NCBI GenBank assembly: GCA_963718665.1
Contig: OY970359.1
Coordinates: 1,280,001-1,344,000 of the forward strand
Source: an uncultured Phycisphaerales bacterium
Lineage (GTDB): Bacteria; Planctomycetota; Phycisphaerae; Sedimentisphaerales; Anaerobacaceae
DNA: 64,000 bases
Reading direction: 5' to 3'
The translations under genes and the position numbers were made by a program. Under the pieces are notes generated by a model. That model was not told where the DNA came from, did not search any database, and saw only the letters and a list, made by a program, of their open reading frames with translations. This document shows positions 1-7,903 of the stretch, piece after piece. The first letter of the stretch is position 1, and each line of letters opens with the position of its first letter.

Positions 1-323
1 TTTCTCTCTGGAGGCCAAGCTGGCACAACGGTCAATCTGGGGAGATTTGCTGTTCCGCATAGTTGAGTTATCTTAGCATGAAGCCTCTTGTCTTCCATTT
101 CCGGGAGAATCTCTGAGAGTCGCCCAAGTGTACCTTTAAAAACCCAATCGTTAGCTATCCATTTTCTATTTATGGCTTCATCAAGACGTTTCTTAAGAGT
201 GACACTACTCTTTAAATTTAGCTCTACAGCGAGTTTCTCAAGAGATAGTTCGGGCATAGCAGCACGCCAGTAAGCAGCTTTGGCGATATCGCCATCCGCT
301 ATTGCAGTAGTTTTACGCGGCAT
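1..323 (-). CDS. Putative HTH transcriptional regulator, SorC/DeoR-like N-terminus; runs off the window's left edge
   Basis: Not in the ORF track; translated by hand. ATG at 323 follows an AGGAGG RBS and the frame is open to base 1: MPRKTTAIADGDIAKAAYWRAAMPELSLEKLAVELNLKSSVTLKKRLDEAINRKWI..., resembling the SorC-family HTH pattern. Confidence 0.55.
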   Translation of the reverse strand, partial: MPRKTTAIADGDIAKAAYWRAAMPELSLEKLAVELNLKSSVTLKKRLDEAINRKWIANDWVFKGTLGRLSEILPEMEDKRLHAKITQLCGTANLPRLTVVPAWPPER

Positions 324-1134
324 TTTAGTAACCTCCTAAAATATATGAATGTCACACATTATATTATCGAAGGGCACTTTTGGGAATTTTTCGTAACCAT
401 TGCCCACGGAATTTTAAAGCATGTCATTATTATAAGCTACAATGACAAACAAAGCAACTTTTTATTTCTTAATATTACCCAAAAATAGTAGCCCATCTTT
501 GCTTCTATTAAATTCTTTATATATACATTTTTTATGATGACTTTTAGCATAGTTATATTACTACTATTTACTTTATTATAATTACTTATTAAATTAATGT
601 AAAAAACTCGATTTTTTCCTTGCATAATTTAACACGCCGTGCTATCCTAAAAACGTCAGGTCACTTGGGTATAAAGTCGCCTGGACTGTTCGCGTGCGGT
701 GAAAGGATGGTGATTGTTATGGATATTGTTTATAGCGCACTTTTTTCCCCAGATCTGCCGCCGCCGCATGCAATTGCAGCCATAATCCACGCCGGCCTCA
801 CCAAAATAGATGTTCGCCGTGAGTGGTTTCATCACAAAAAATCTCTTGAGCAATCTCGTTGCGGGATGTCTAAAGAAAGTTCCATAAGTAAATGCTCGGC
901 GATGTTGCGAATAGGTGAAATAAATTTTAATTATCTCATGGAAAACTGGCCAGCAAATTGACCGTACGCCTGGCGGGGGTGATGTGGGGTTTTGTGATCT
1001 CGTATCATCCCTTCCGGTTATCACCGTTGTGGCATTTTAATAGTTGAAAAAATGGGGCAGATTGATGCCGGTAACAATTTAGCACATGTTTACAAGCAAC
1101 AACACAAAAGGATCGAAAGTGAGGCGATGAGATA

Positions 1135-1338
1135 ATGGAAACTAAAAGACATCTTACGGATTTCGAAAAAAAAATAATATGGGAGACAATATATCATGAA
1201 ATTAATCCTGATGATAGAGACCCTTGGGAAGTAATCTGCTCTGGGCCGTATTTTGGAAATATTGAGAAGTACCTTCTAACAATGGCGAAGTGGCATAACA
1301 TCAATTTACATAAGAACAAAGCATCTAAGTCGCTGTAG
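1135..1338 (+). CDS. Small hypothetical protein (67 aa)
   Basis: ATG with GAGG upstream and protein-like composition; no recognised motif. Confidence 0.4.
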   Translation: METKRHLTDFEKKIIWETIYHEINPDDRDPWEVICSGPYFGNIEKYLLTMAKWHNINLHKNKASKSL

Positions 1339-1457
1339 CTCGCGGTTAAAATGGCGAAGGATTTGTTTATAAAAGTTTGTAATTAAAAATTATTTTCTGA
1401 GTCCCCGGCAGAAAACCAAAGGAGCTAACCCCGAGGACAGGCGGGCGGATAAAGAAC

Positions 1458-1524
1458 ACCCCGCTGAGATAGCCACCGTGGGATAACAGAAGCTGCATCC
1501 CACGTGGTAAACATCTCACGGGGT
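1458..1524. mobile_element. MITE/REP-like palindromic element, copy 1
   Basis: Termini ACCCCG(C)TGAGAT and ATCTCACGGGGT enclose an inner stem CGTGGGAT/ATCCCACG. The ends resemble those of the element at 58135-58195. Confidence 0.65.
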
Positions 1525-1529
1525 AAAGT

Positions 1530-3347
1530 TTAATTTCGCGAATTCACCGTAACATTTTTCAGCGTTACGGGATTATTGGTGTGAAGGATTTTTTCGAGGG
1601 TGGGCAGGAGGTAGTCATTGACGACAACGTCCCAGCTCATATTTTGGGCGATGCGACGGCCATTTTCAATCATCGCAGCGACTTCGGCGTTGGACTTGGG
1701 CAGGAGCATCAGGATTTCGTCGGCGACTTCGCGGCTTTCGGCAACTTCAACCCGGTCGCGGGCAGCTCTATTAATCGCAAGAAGGTCTTTGATTTGCGGG
1801 AATTGGCCGTCGATGGAGGTGTAATCAGCAATGATGACATTTCGAGTGCCGTCTTTGGGAGACGGGTTTGTTCCGACAATGGCATTTCTGACGAAGCCGG
1901 CGCAGCCGGAGACGTTTGTGAAGACGCAGAGGCCGCCGAAGGTGAGGGGTTCGACGAGAGCGATGCCGAATGGCTCGTAGATGCTTTGGCCGAATTCGAC
2001 GTCGGTTCCCCTGTGGATATCGATAGTGTCCATATCTTCGGGCATTTTGTTGCCGCAGAGTTTTCTGCTGAAGCCGAACTGGTTGACGAAGACGATTTTT
2101 ACGTTTTTGCTTTTGGCGTTAAATTCCTGAATAGCGGTGTAGAAGATTGCTTCGCCGCCGGAGAGGTCGGGCCAGCCCTCGCGGTGCGCGACGGGCCAGT
2201 TGTAGCGTGCTTCCATATCGAAGATGTCGCAGCTTCGTCTTTGGCAGACCTCGGTGGTGAGCATATACATCACGGCGGTTTTGCCTTCACGTGTGAATGC
2301 CTCATCGAGGTGTTCGAGGACGCGGAGGTCTCGCCAGAGTCCTTTACTGCGAACCAGGCGGGTAACGTGCGTGAAGACGAAGTCGGGCGTGTGGCCGAGG
2401 AGGTTGAAGCAATATTGCTGGAGTTTGCGTTTGGAGCTGAGTTTTTCCTCGACGGTGGTTTTGTAGGCGTGAATGCCGTTATAAACGACGCTGATATTTT
2501 CGGATTCAAATTCGGGCGCGAGGAACCTCAGCTCATCGGCAACAAGGTCGCCGACGGCGAAAATGGCATCGCAGTGTTTGGAGGCATCGACGAGCGGGTG
2601 TTTGAAGTACCTGTCCTGCGGGCCGAAAACGTCCTCGACGTAGAGTTTCTGCTGGTGCGCTTTTTTGATGACGTTATAAAACATTGTGTCGTGGCCGGGG
2701 TGGTCCTCGACGATTTTTCGCATTGTGGCAACTTCGTGGGCGTAGAAGACGGTTTTGTAATTGCAGGTCTGGTCGAGGATGGCGGCCATCGCGGTTGGCA
2801 TACCCATATACTCGTGGGCGACGACGACGGTTTTGTCTGTTGCGGCGCCGATGACTTTGAGTACAGCCAGGGCGGCGGGGGCGAGACGGACATACTGTTC
2901 GAAGTCCCAGAGGTGTTCGTAGCGGTCGCTTTTGATGTCAAACTCTTCGAACAATCGGGCTTTAAATTCGTTGACGGGGCCGGGGTCGGCATTGCGAACA
3001 TCGAGGAGGACGACTTCAGGCGAGGATTTGATTGCTGTCTGGGAATCGACGAAGGTTCGTCTGCCGTATATTATGCCGACGTTATAGAAAGATTCGATTC
3101 TGGAGAAGGCGGAGGCATAGCCGGTCTGAGTGAGGCCGTCGAACGAAGAGTAAAGTACTTCGCCCGTAGGTCCGAGCCGGTCGAGAACAGAGCCCTCGGT
3201 GGTGAAGAGCGGACCAACAATAATAGAGCGTTCAACGACGTCGAGGTATGACTGGCAGGTGAAGAAACCTTCCAGCACGGCGCCGATGCCGCCCATTTTA
3301 TTCGCTGCTTCGTGCGTAACGTGAACAAGAATCGGCCTGATACCCAT
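1530..3347 (-). CDS. Glycogen synthase-like glycosyltransferase (GT3-like)
   Basis: HEAANKMGGI matches the GT3 EVANKVGGI motif; YEPFGIALVE is the E-X7-E motif; 605 aa. Confidence 0.75.
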   Translation of the reverse strand: MGIRPILVHVTHEAANKMGGIGAVLEGFFTCQSYLDVVERSIIVGPLFTTEGSVLDRLGPTGEVLYSSFDGLTQTGYASAFSRIESFYNVGIIYGRRTFVDSQTAIKSSPEVVLLDVRNADPGPVNEFKARLFEEFDIKSDRYEHLWDFEQYVRLAPAALAVLKVIGAATDKTVVVAHEYMGMPTAMAAILDQTCNYKTVFYAHEVATMRKIVEDHPGHDTMFYNVIKKAHQQKLYVEDVFGPQDRYFKHPLVDASKHCDAIFAVGDLVADELRFLAPEFESENISVVYNGIHAYKTTVEEKLSSKRKLQQYCFNLLGHTPDFVFTHVTRLVRSKGLWRDLRVLEHLDEAFTREGKTAVMYMLTTEVCQRRSCDIFDMEARYNWPVAHREGWPDLSGGEAIFYTAIQEFNAKSKNVKIVFVNQFGFSRKLCGNKMPEDMDTIDIHRGTDVEFGQSIYEPFGIALVEPLTFGGLCVFTNVSGCAGFVRNAIVGTNPSPKDGTRNVIIADYTSIDGQFPQIKDLLAINRAARDRVEVAESREVADEILMLLPKSNAEVAAMIENGRRIAQNMSWDVVVNDYLLPTLEKILHTNNPVTLKNVTVNSRN

Positions 3348-3537
3348 ATAAGTTCCCTTCCCAAAGATGTGATTCTACGAAGAGCAGGACCATTTCCTCT
3401 CTCTGGTTAAAGTATAGGTAACGGAAATCTCAGGGACAAATTGGCGGCGATTTTTTATTAAGCGCAGGGAGAAAACGCGACGGCCCGGCAATAGCGGGGT
3501 TTTTATTGGACTTTCACCTCAGATTGAGTGGGTTTTG

Positions 3538-4068
3538 TCAGCGCAGCCGACTTCGGAGGTTTTTTATAAGCCCGGAGAGAACCTGCTGCGGGATGTCGGC
3601 GATTTCGGGTTCGGGGATTTCGCTAAGGGCGATTCTTTCGAGGATACGGACGGCATTTTGGCCATTGGGGATAATTGTTAAAGCTGTTTCTCCAGCCAAG
3701 TCAAGCTCGCCGTCCGCCATCTGGCGGATGTAGCTGATAATGCAGGTTGTAAGCTCGGCGTCGCTGAGGTCGTTTGGTTTTGAAGGGGCTGAGGAGTGAT
3801 TTTTGGGAGCGGCGCCTTCTTCGGGGACATTGGTTTCTTTGAGGATTTCCCGCTGGAGTCGTGCTTCTTCGGCGAGCATTTTACGATGTTTAACCTCGTC
3901 GTCGGTGTCGAGAGGGGCGAGTCGAAGCTCGTCGTCGGGCTGAGCGGGTTTGCTCGCGGGGACGTAAACTTTGTTGTGGCAGGCGGGGCATTTGCCCCAT
4001 TTTCCGCCAGCGTTATCAGGGGCTTCTATTTTTTTGCCGCAATGTTCGCAGTGAAAAGATATTCCCAT
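3538..4068 (-). CDS. Hypothetical protein with N-terminal zinc ribbon
   Basis: CEHC...CPAC near the N-terminus; GAGG RBS; 4 bp downstream of queF. Confidence 0.75.
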   Translation of the reverse strand: MGISFHCEHCGKKIEAPDNAGGKWGKCPACHNKVYVPASKPAQPDDELRLAPLDTDDEVKHRKMLAEEARLQREILKETNVPEEGAAPKNHSSAPSKPNDLSDAELTTCIISYIRQMADGELDLAGETALTIIPNGQNAVRILERIALSEIPEPEIADIPQQVLSGLIKNLRSRLR

Positions 4069-4072
4069 TTTG

Positions 4073-4447
4073 TTACCTCTGGCCAGGATTGATTTTTTTG
4101 TTCTTATTATATTCTGCCGTCACGTCGGTAGTAATGCCGCCGCGGGGGGTGAATTTGGAAGTTACCTTCATCCACCTCGGCTTACAGACAACAATTAAAT
4201 CGTCGAGGATTTGGTTTGTCAACGCCTCATAAAAGATGCCCTTGTTGCGGTAGCTTTGCATATAAAACTTGAGGGATTTGAGCTCGATGCAGGTTTTATC
4301 GGGGCAATACTCGATTGTGATTTCGCCGAAGTCGGGCTGGGCGGTTTTCGGGCAGACGCTGGTGAATTCAGGGCAGCGGATGGTAATACAATAGTCACGC
4401 TTCGGGGAAGGGTTATCGAACAGTTCCAGTTGCGGTTTATCGTTCAT
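4073..4447 (-). CDS. queF: NADPH-dependent preQ0 reductase (type I)
   Basis: [23 protein letters not shown] and PRGGI motifs. Confidence 0.95.
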   Translation of the reverse strand: MNDKPQLELFDNPSPKRDYCITIRCPEFTSVCPKTAQPDFGEITIEYCPDKTCIELKSLKFYMQSYRNKGIFYEALTNQILDDLIVVCKPRWMKVTSKFTPRGGITTDVTAEYNKNKKINPGQR

Positions 4448-4518
4448 TTCTTGGTTCTCGCAAAAGCTTTTTAATTAGTATAATATAATAACGTTCCCAA
4501 TTCAATAAGGAGCTTAAA

Positions 4519-5268
4519 ATGGCAGAAGATAAAGCGGTAGTGCTGTTAAGCGGGGGGCTGGATTCAGCTACGACGCTGGCGATAGCGAAACAGTCCGGGT
4601 TTTCATTATACGCCCTGACGTTTCGGTACGGTCAGCGTCACCAGTGCGAAGTTGAGGGGGCCAGGCGAGTCGCCAGGTCGATAGGAGTGGTTGAGCACAA
4701 GGTCATCCCGATAGATATGAAGAGCATAGGCGGGTCGGCGCTGACGGACCTGACGATTGAAGTGCCCAAAGACCGGAAGGGTCTCGGCCAGTCGGGTGAT
4801 GAGATACCGCTGACATACGTTCCGGCGCGGAATACGATATTTTTGAGCTATGCGCTGGCGTGGGCGGAAGTTCTAAAGGCATTCGATATTTTTCTTGGCG
4901 TCAACGCGACGGACTTCAGCGGGTATCCCGATTGCAGGCATGATTATATACAGGCGTTCGAAGTAATGGCGAACTTGGCGACAGCTGCGGGGATACAAAA
5001 AAAGGGGAAGTTTACGATTCACACACCGATTATCAATATGACCAAGGGGCAAACGATACTGGCGGGAATGAAACTGGGTGTGGATTACTCGCTGACGCAC
5101 AGTTGCTATGACCCGGACAGAGAAGGCAGAAGCTGCGGCAGGTGCGATTCGTGCCGGATTCGGCTGAAGGGCTTCCACGACGCGGGACTTGAAGACCCGA
5201 TTGATTATGTTCGCGGCGTCGTTATCGCAAAAAAAAACGATTTAGCGCGGGGCAGTGCGTGCGTTTGA
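4519..5268 (+). CDS. queC: 7-cyano-7-deazaguanine synthase
   Basis: SGGLDS, YVPARN, GYPDCR and CGRCDSC motifs; AAGGAG RBS. Confidence 0.95.
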   Translation: MAEDKAVVLLSGGLDSATTLAIAKQSGFSLYALTFRYGQRHQCEVEGARRVARSIGVVEHKVIPIDMKSIGGSALTDLTIEVPKDRKGLGQSGDEIPLTYVPARNTIFLSYALAWAEVLKAFDIFLGVNATDFSGYPDCRHDYIQAFEVMANLATAAGIQKKGKFTIHTPIINMTKGQTILAGMKLGVDYSLTHSCYDPDREGRSCGRCDSCRIRLKGFHDAGLEDPIDYVRGVVIAKKNDLARGSACV

Positions 5269-5923
5269 AATGGTAGTAAACGAAATTTTTCATTCGATTC
5301 AGGGAGAGGGGCTGCTGGCGGGAACGCCGAGCGTATTTATTCGTCTGGCGGGATGTCCTGTTCAGTGCAAATGGTGCGATACACAATACGCCTGGGACGC
5401 TAATGAGGGCGAAGAACTCCCCATACCGGAAATAATCAACAGAATCGTTCATTGGCCCTGCCGGTTCGTGGTGATAACGGGCGGCGAGCCGATGGTGAAT
5501 CCGCAGTTGCCCGACCTTACCAGGGCGTTAAAAGAACGAAACAAACATATCACGATTGAGACGGCTGGCATCAAATTTATTGCGGGTTTGGCCTGCGACC
5601 TGATGAGCGTAAGCCCGAAGCTGTCAAATTCAGGAGCAAAAAAGGGGCCTGACCCCTTTTCCCCCGTAAGACAATTAATCAGACGCTATCCGTATCAGCT
5701 TAAATTCGTTGTTGATTCACCCGATGACCTGCCCGAAATTCAGCAGGCCGTGGAGCAAATCGGCGGGGTATCAACCGAGAAAGTAATGCTTATGCCCCAG
5801 GCGAAGAGGAAGGATGAGCTAATCAGCAAATCGCCTATGGTCGCGGAATTGTGCAGAGAAACGGGCTATATGTTTTGCCAGCGGCTGCATATTCTTCTTT
5901 ACGACGGCGCAAAGGGGAAATGA
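5255..5923 (+). CDS. queE: 7-carboxy-7-deazaguanine synthase (radical SAM); start may be the ATG at 5270
   Basis: [10 protein letters not shown], CxxxCxxC (CPVQCKWC), ITGGEP and SVSPK motifs. Confidence 0.92.
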   Translation: MRAFEMVVNEIFHSIQGEGLLAGTPSVFIRLAGCPVQCKWCDTQYAWDANEGEELPIPEIINRIVHWPCRFVVITGGEPMVNPQLPDLTRALKERNKHITIETAGIKFIAGLACDLMSVSPKLSNSGAKKGPDPFSPVRQLIRRYPYQLKFVVDSPDDLPEIQQAVEQIGGVSTEKVMLMPQAKRKDELISKSPMVAELCRETGYMFCQRLHILLYDGAKGK

Positions 5924-5933
5924 AGAACAGGAA

Positions 5934-5965
5934 ATTGCGGATTGCAGATTTTGGATTGCGGATTT
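5934..5965. repeat. Degenerate heptamer tandem repeat
   Basis: ATTGCGG ATTGCAG ATTTTGG ATTGCGG ATTT, just after the queE stop. Confidence 0.8.
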
Positions 5966-5997
5966 GACGGTAAAGGACGGGCGGCTGGAAATGGCGA

Positions 5998-6026
5998 TTG
6001 ACTTTTAGCCATCAATCGTCAATAAT
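5998..6026 (+). promoter_or_regulatory. Putative sigma70 promoter of tRNA-Leu
   Basis: TTGACT, 17 bp spacer, AATAAT; ends 14 bp before the tRNA. Confidence 0.55.
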
Positions 6027-6040
6027 CAATTGGTTAGCTC

Positions 6041-6124
6041 GCCCGGGTGGCGGAACTGGCAGACGCGCCAGCTTGAGGGGCTGGTGGGCTTCGGCTCATG
6101 CAGGTTCGACTCCTGTCCCGGGCA
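6041..6124 (+). tRNA. tRNA-Leu (anticodon GAG); CCA not encoded
   Basis: Acceptor stem GCCCGGG/CCCGGGC; anticodon arm CCAGC-TTGAGGG-GCTGG; long variable arm; T-loop GGTTCGACTCC. Confidence 0.97.
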
Positions 6125-6176
6125 TTCATCAATTTTTGATTTTCTATTTTCGGCTTGATATTTCAAAAAACGACTC

Positions 6177-6203
6177 CCCTTCGACAACAATGCTCAGGGC
6201 AGG
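6177..6203. repeat. REP-like element CCCTTCGAC...GCTCAGGGCAGG
   Basis: Resembles a widespread intergenic repeat type (recognised from memory); lies between the convergent tRNA and LysM genes. Confidence 0.5.
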
Positions 6204-6220
6204 TTGACCCCTTTTTAGCA

Positions 6221-6682
6221 CTATTGGGGGATGAGGAGTTTGCTGCCGGGGATGAGGCGGTTGGGGTTAGGGAGGTTGTCGCTATTGGCAGCGACGATTT
6301 TACGCCATTGACGGGCGGAGCCATAGTATTTGGCGGAGATAGAAGAAAGAGTATCGCCTTTCTGGACAACATGGATTCGCTGGGGTTGTTCGGTGTTCGT
6401 ATCTCGTATCTCGTATTTCGTATTTCGTATTTCGGAATCAGGCGGCACTTGTGAAATTGCGGACGACGATGCGATTGGCGGGGTTTGGGGTGAGGGGTTC
6501 GAAGAAAGCGGCTCTCCTTCGCCCTGGCCGGGGAGCGACTGGTCATTTTTTTTCTCTAAATCGGAGGCGACCTGAAGGGCACGGGCCTTTGCGCTGAGGT
6601 TAGGCAGGGTGGCAAGCCAAAGGATGACGCCTGCAGCCAGTATTACACCGATTGCCAGACCTATTTTAAAGTCCTTTTGCAT
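6221..6682 (-). CDS. Membrane-anchored LysM domain protein
   Basis: N-terminal TM segment; C-terminal LysM HVVQKGDTLSSISAKYYG...LIPGSKLLIP. Confidence 0.9.
   Translation of the reverse strand: MQKDFKIGLAIGVILAAGVILWLATLPNLSAKARALQVASDLEKKNDQSLPGQGEGEPLSSNPSPQTPPIASSSAISQVPPDSEIRNTKYEIRDTNTEQPQRIHVVQKGDTLSSISAKYYGSARQWRKIVAANSDNLPNPNRLIPGSKLLIPQ
6396..6437. repeat. Heptamer repeat (YTCGTAT)x5 plus one degenerate copy, within the LysM linker
   Basis: TTCGTAT CTCGTAT CTCGTAT TTCGTAT TTCGTAT TTCGGAA. Confidence 0.9.
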
Positions 6683-6695
6683 ATCACCGACACAG

Positions 6696-6735
6696 AAAAT
6701 AAACGGGAGGAAAAGGGCAGTCCCTTTTTCTCCCG
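6696..6735 (-). terminator. Intrinsic terminator after secDF
   Basis: Minus-strand stem CGGGAGAAAAAGGG/CCCTTTTCCTCCCG followed by TTTATTTT. Confidence 0.7.
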
Positions 6736-6751
6736 GGAGTTAACCAAACAA

Positions 6752-7903
6752 TCAGTTCTGCTGTTGTTTAGGGACGGGTTTTTTGACTGCCATTTGTCCC
6801 CTTATTAGTAATATCGGCGCAGATATCGCAATTGATGAATATGTTCCTTCAATGACACCGAAGAGCATAGCGAAGTTGAAGCCCCTGAGTCCGCTGCCGC
6901 CAAAGACATACATAACAAAGACCACTAAAAACACGGTTGTGCTGGTCAGGATTGTCCTGGAAAGAGTGGCATTGATGCTGTCGTTGATAAGCTGTGCAGT
7001 CAGGGTTCCTTTCCTGCGGTTTTCACGGATACGGTCGTAAATGATAATGGTATCGTTAATTGAATAGCCAAGCAGGGTAAGGAATGCGCCGACCATAGTC
7101 ATATCAATCTTGAAATCGCTGATAAGCAGCTTTGGCCCCCAAGCGGTGGCGGCAATAAATGCGCAGCACATCAATGCGCCCATCGTAGCGGTAGTATCGT
7201 GCGCCAGGGTAACTACGCCGCCCAGACCGTATCGCACATCACCAAATCGAAGCCCCAGGTAAATCAGCATCGCAATCAGGGACAAAATCGCGGCAACCAG
7301 GGCAGCGGTCTTGGCCTCTTTTCCGATGGATGGGTTTATCTGTGTTACGTGCGGCAGGGACGAGGCGATTTGCATCGCATCGACAACCTTGGCTTTTTCG
7401 CCATCGACGAACTGTATCCAGAGGTCGGAGTCCTGCTGGCCGGCGGCGATTTCAGGTTCCGCGGCGATATAAACGAAGGATTTGACCGGCAGGTTGGGGT
7501 CCATTTTTTTAAGGTTCGAATCGAGGACCCGGTAGGCATACCAGTTGACACCCCTCATATCCGGTTTGAATTTGAGGTCTTCGAACCTCTGACTGATTTC
7601 GGCGGCCGGGGCGCTGGTTGCAAGCTCGCACCTTACGGCGACGCCGCCGACGAAATCAACGAGGTCGGGGGAGTATTCGAGCATCGATTCGGTTATTTTT
7701 TCCGTGGAGGTAACCTTGGGCTGGAGATTTTTACGTATTTCGAGCTGGTCTCCGAAGGCAGCGAGAATGGCGTTTGAAACTATTTCGTCAAACTGCGGGT
7801 CGGAGATATTGGCGTCGGGGAAGGCCGATTTGAGAACGTCGGCGACCGTGTTTTTATTTAACTGGCTTGTGCTGACGGCAAAGGCCTGACCCGACTTTTC
7901 GGC
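6752..7903 (-). CDS. secF: C-terminal (SecF) part of a fused SecDF, separated by a frameshift near 7900
   Basis: GYSINDTIIIYDRIREN, TLSRTILTS and GTYSSIAIS motifs; lacks SecF TM1, which is in the upstream ORF. Confidence 0.85.
   Translation of the reverse strand, partial: AEKSGQAFAVSTSQLNKNTVADVLKSAFPDANISDPQFDEIVSNAILAAFGDQLEIRKNLQPKVTSTEKITESMLEYSPDLVDFVGGVAVRCELATSAPAAEISQRFEDLKFKPDMRGVNWYAYRVLDSNLKKMDPNLPVKSFVYIAAEPEIAAGQQDSDLWIQFVDGEKAKVVDAMQIASSLPHVTQINPSIGKEAKTAALVAAILSLIAMLIYLGLRFGDVRYGLGGVVTLAHDTTATMGALMCCAFIAATAWGPKLLISDFKIDMTMVGAFLTLLGYSINDTIIIYDRIRENRRKGTLTAQLINDSINATLSRTILTSTTVFLVVFVMYVFGGSGLRGFNFAMLFGVIEGTYSSIAISAPILLIRGQMAVKKPVPKQQQN

Noticed and set aside
620..1024. Overlapping 113-aa and 122-aa ORFs
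   Set aside because: No motifs and mutually antisense; cannot support either.
1581..3251. 556-aa plus-strand ORF
   Set aside because: Antisense shadow of the GT3 gene; no recognisable motifs.
4448..4518. Possible preQ1 riboswitch between queF and queC
   Set aside because: No P1 stem with an A-rich tail in either orientation; only 71 bp available.
6041..6220. tRNA as an integration site
   Set aside because: No integrase and no duplicated tRNA 3' end seen in the window.
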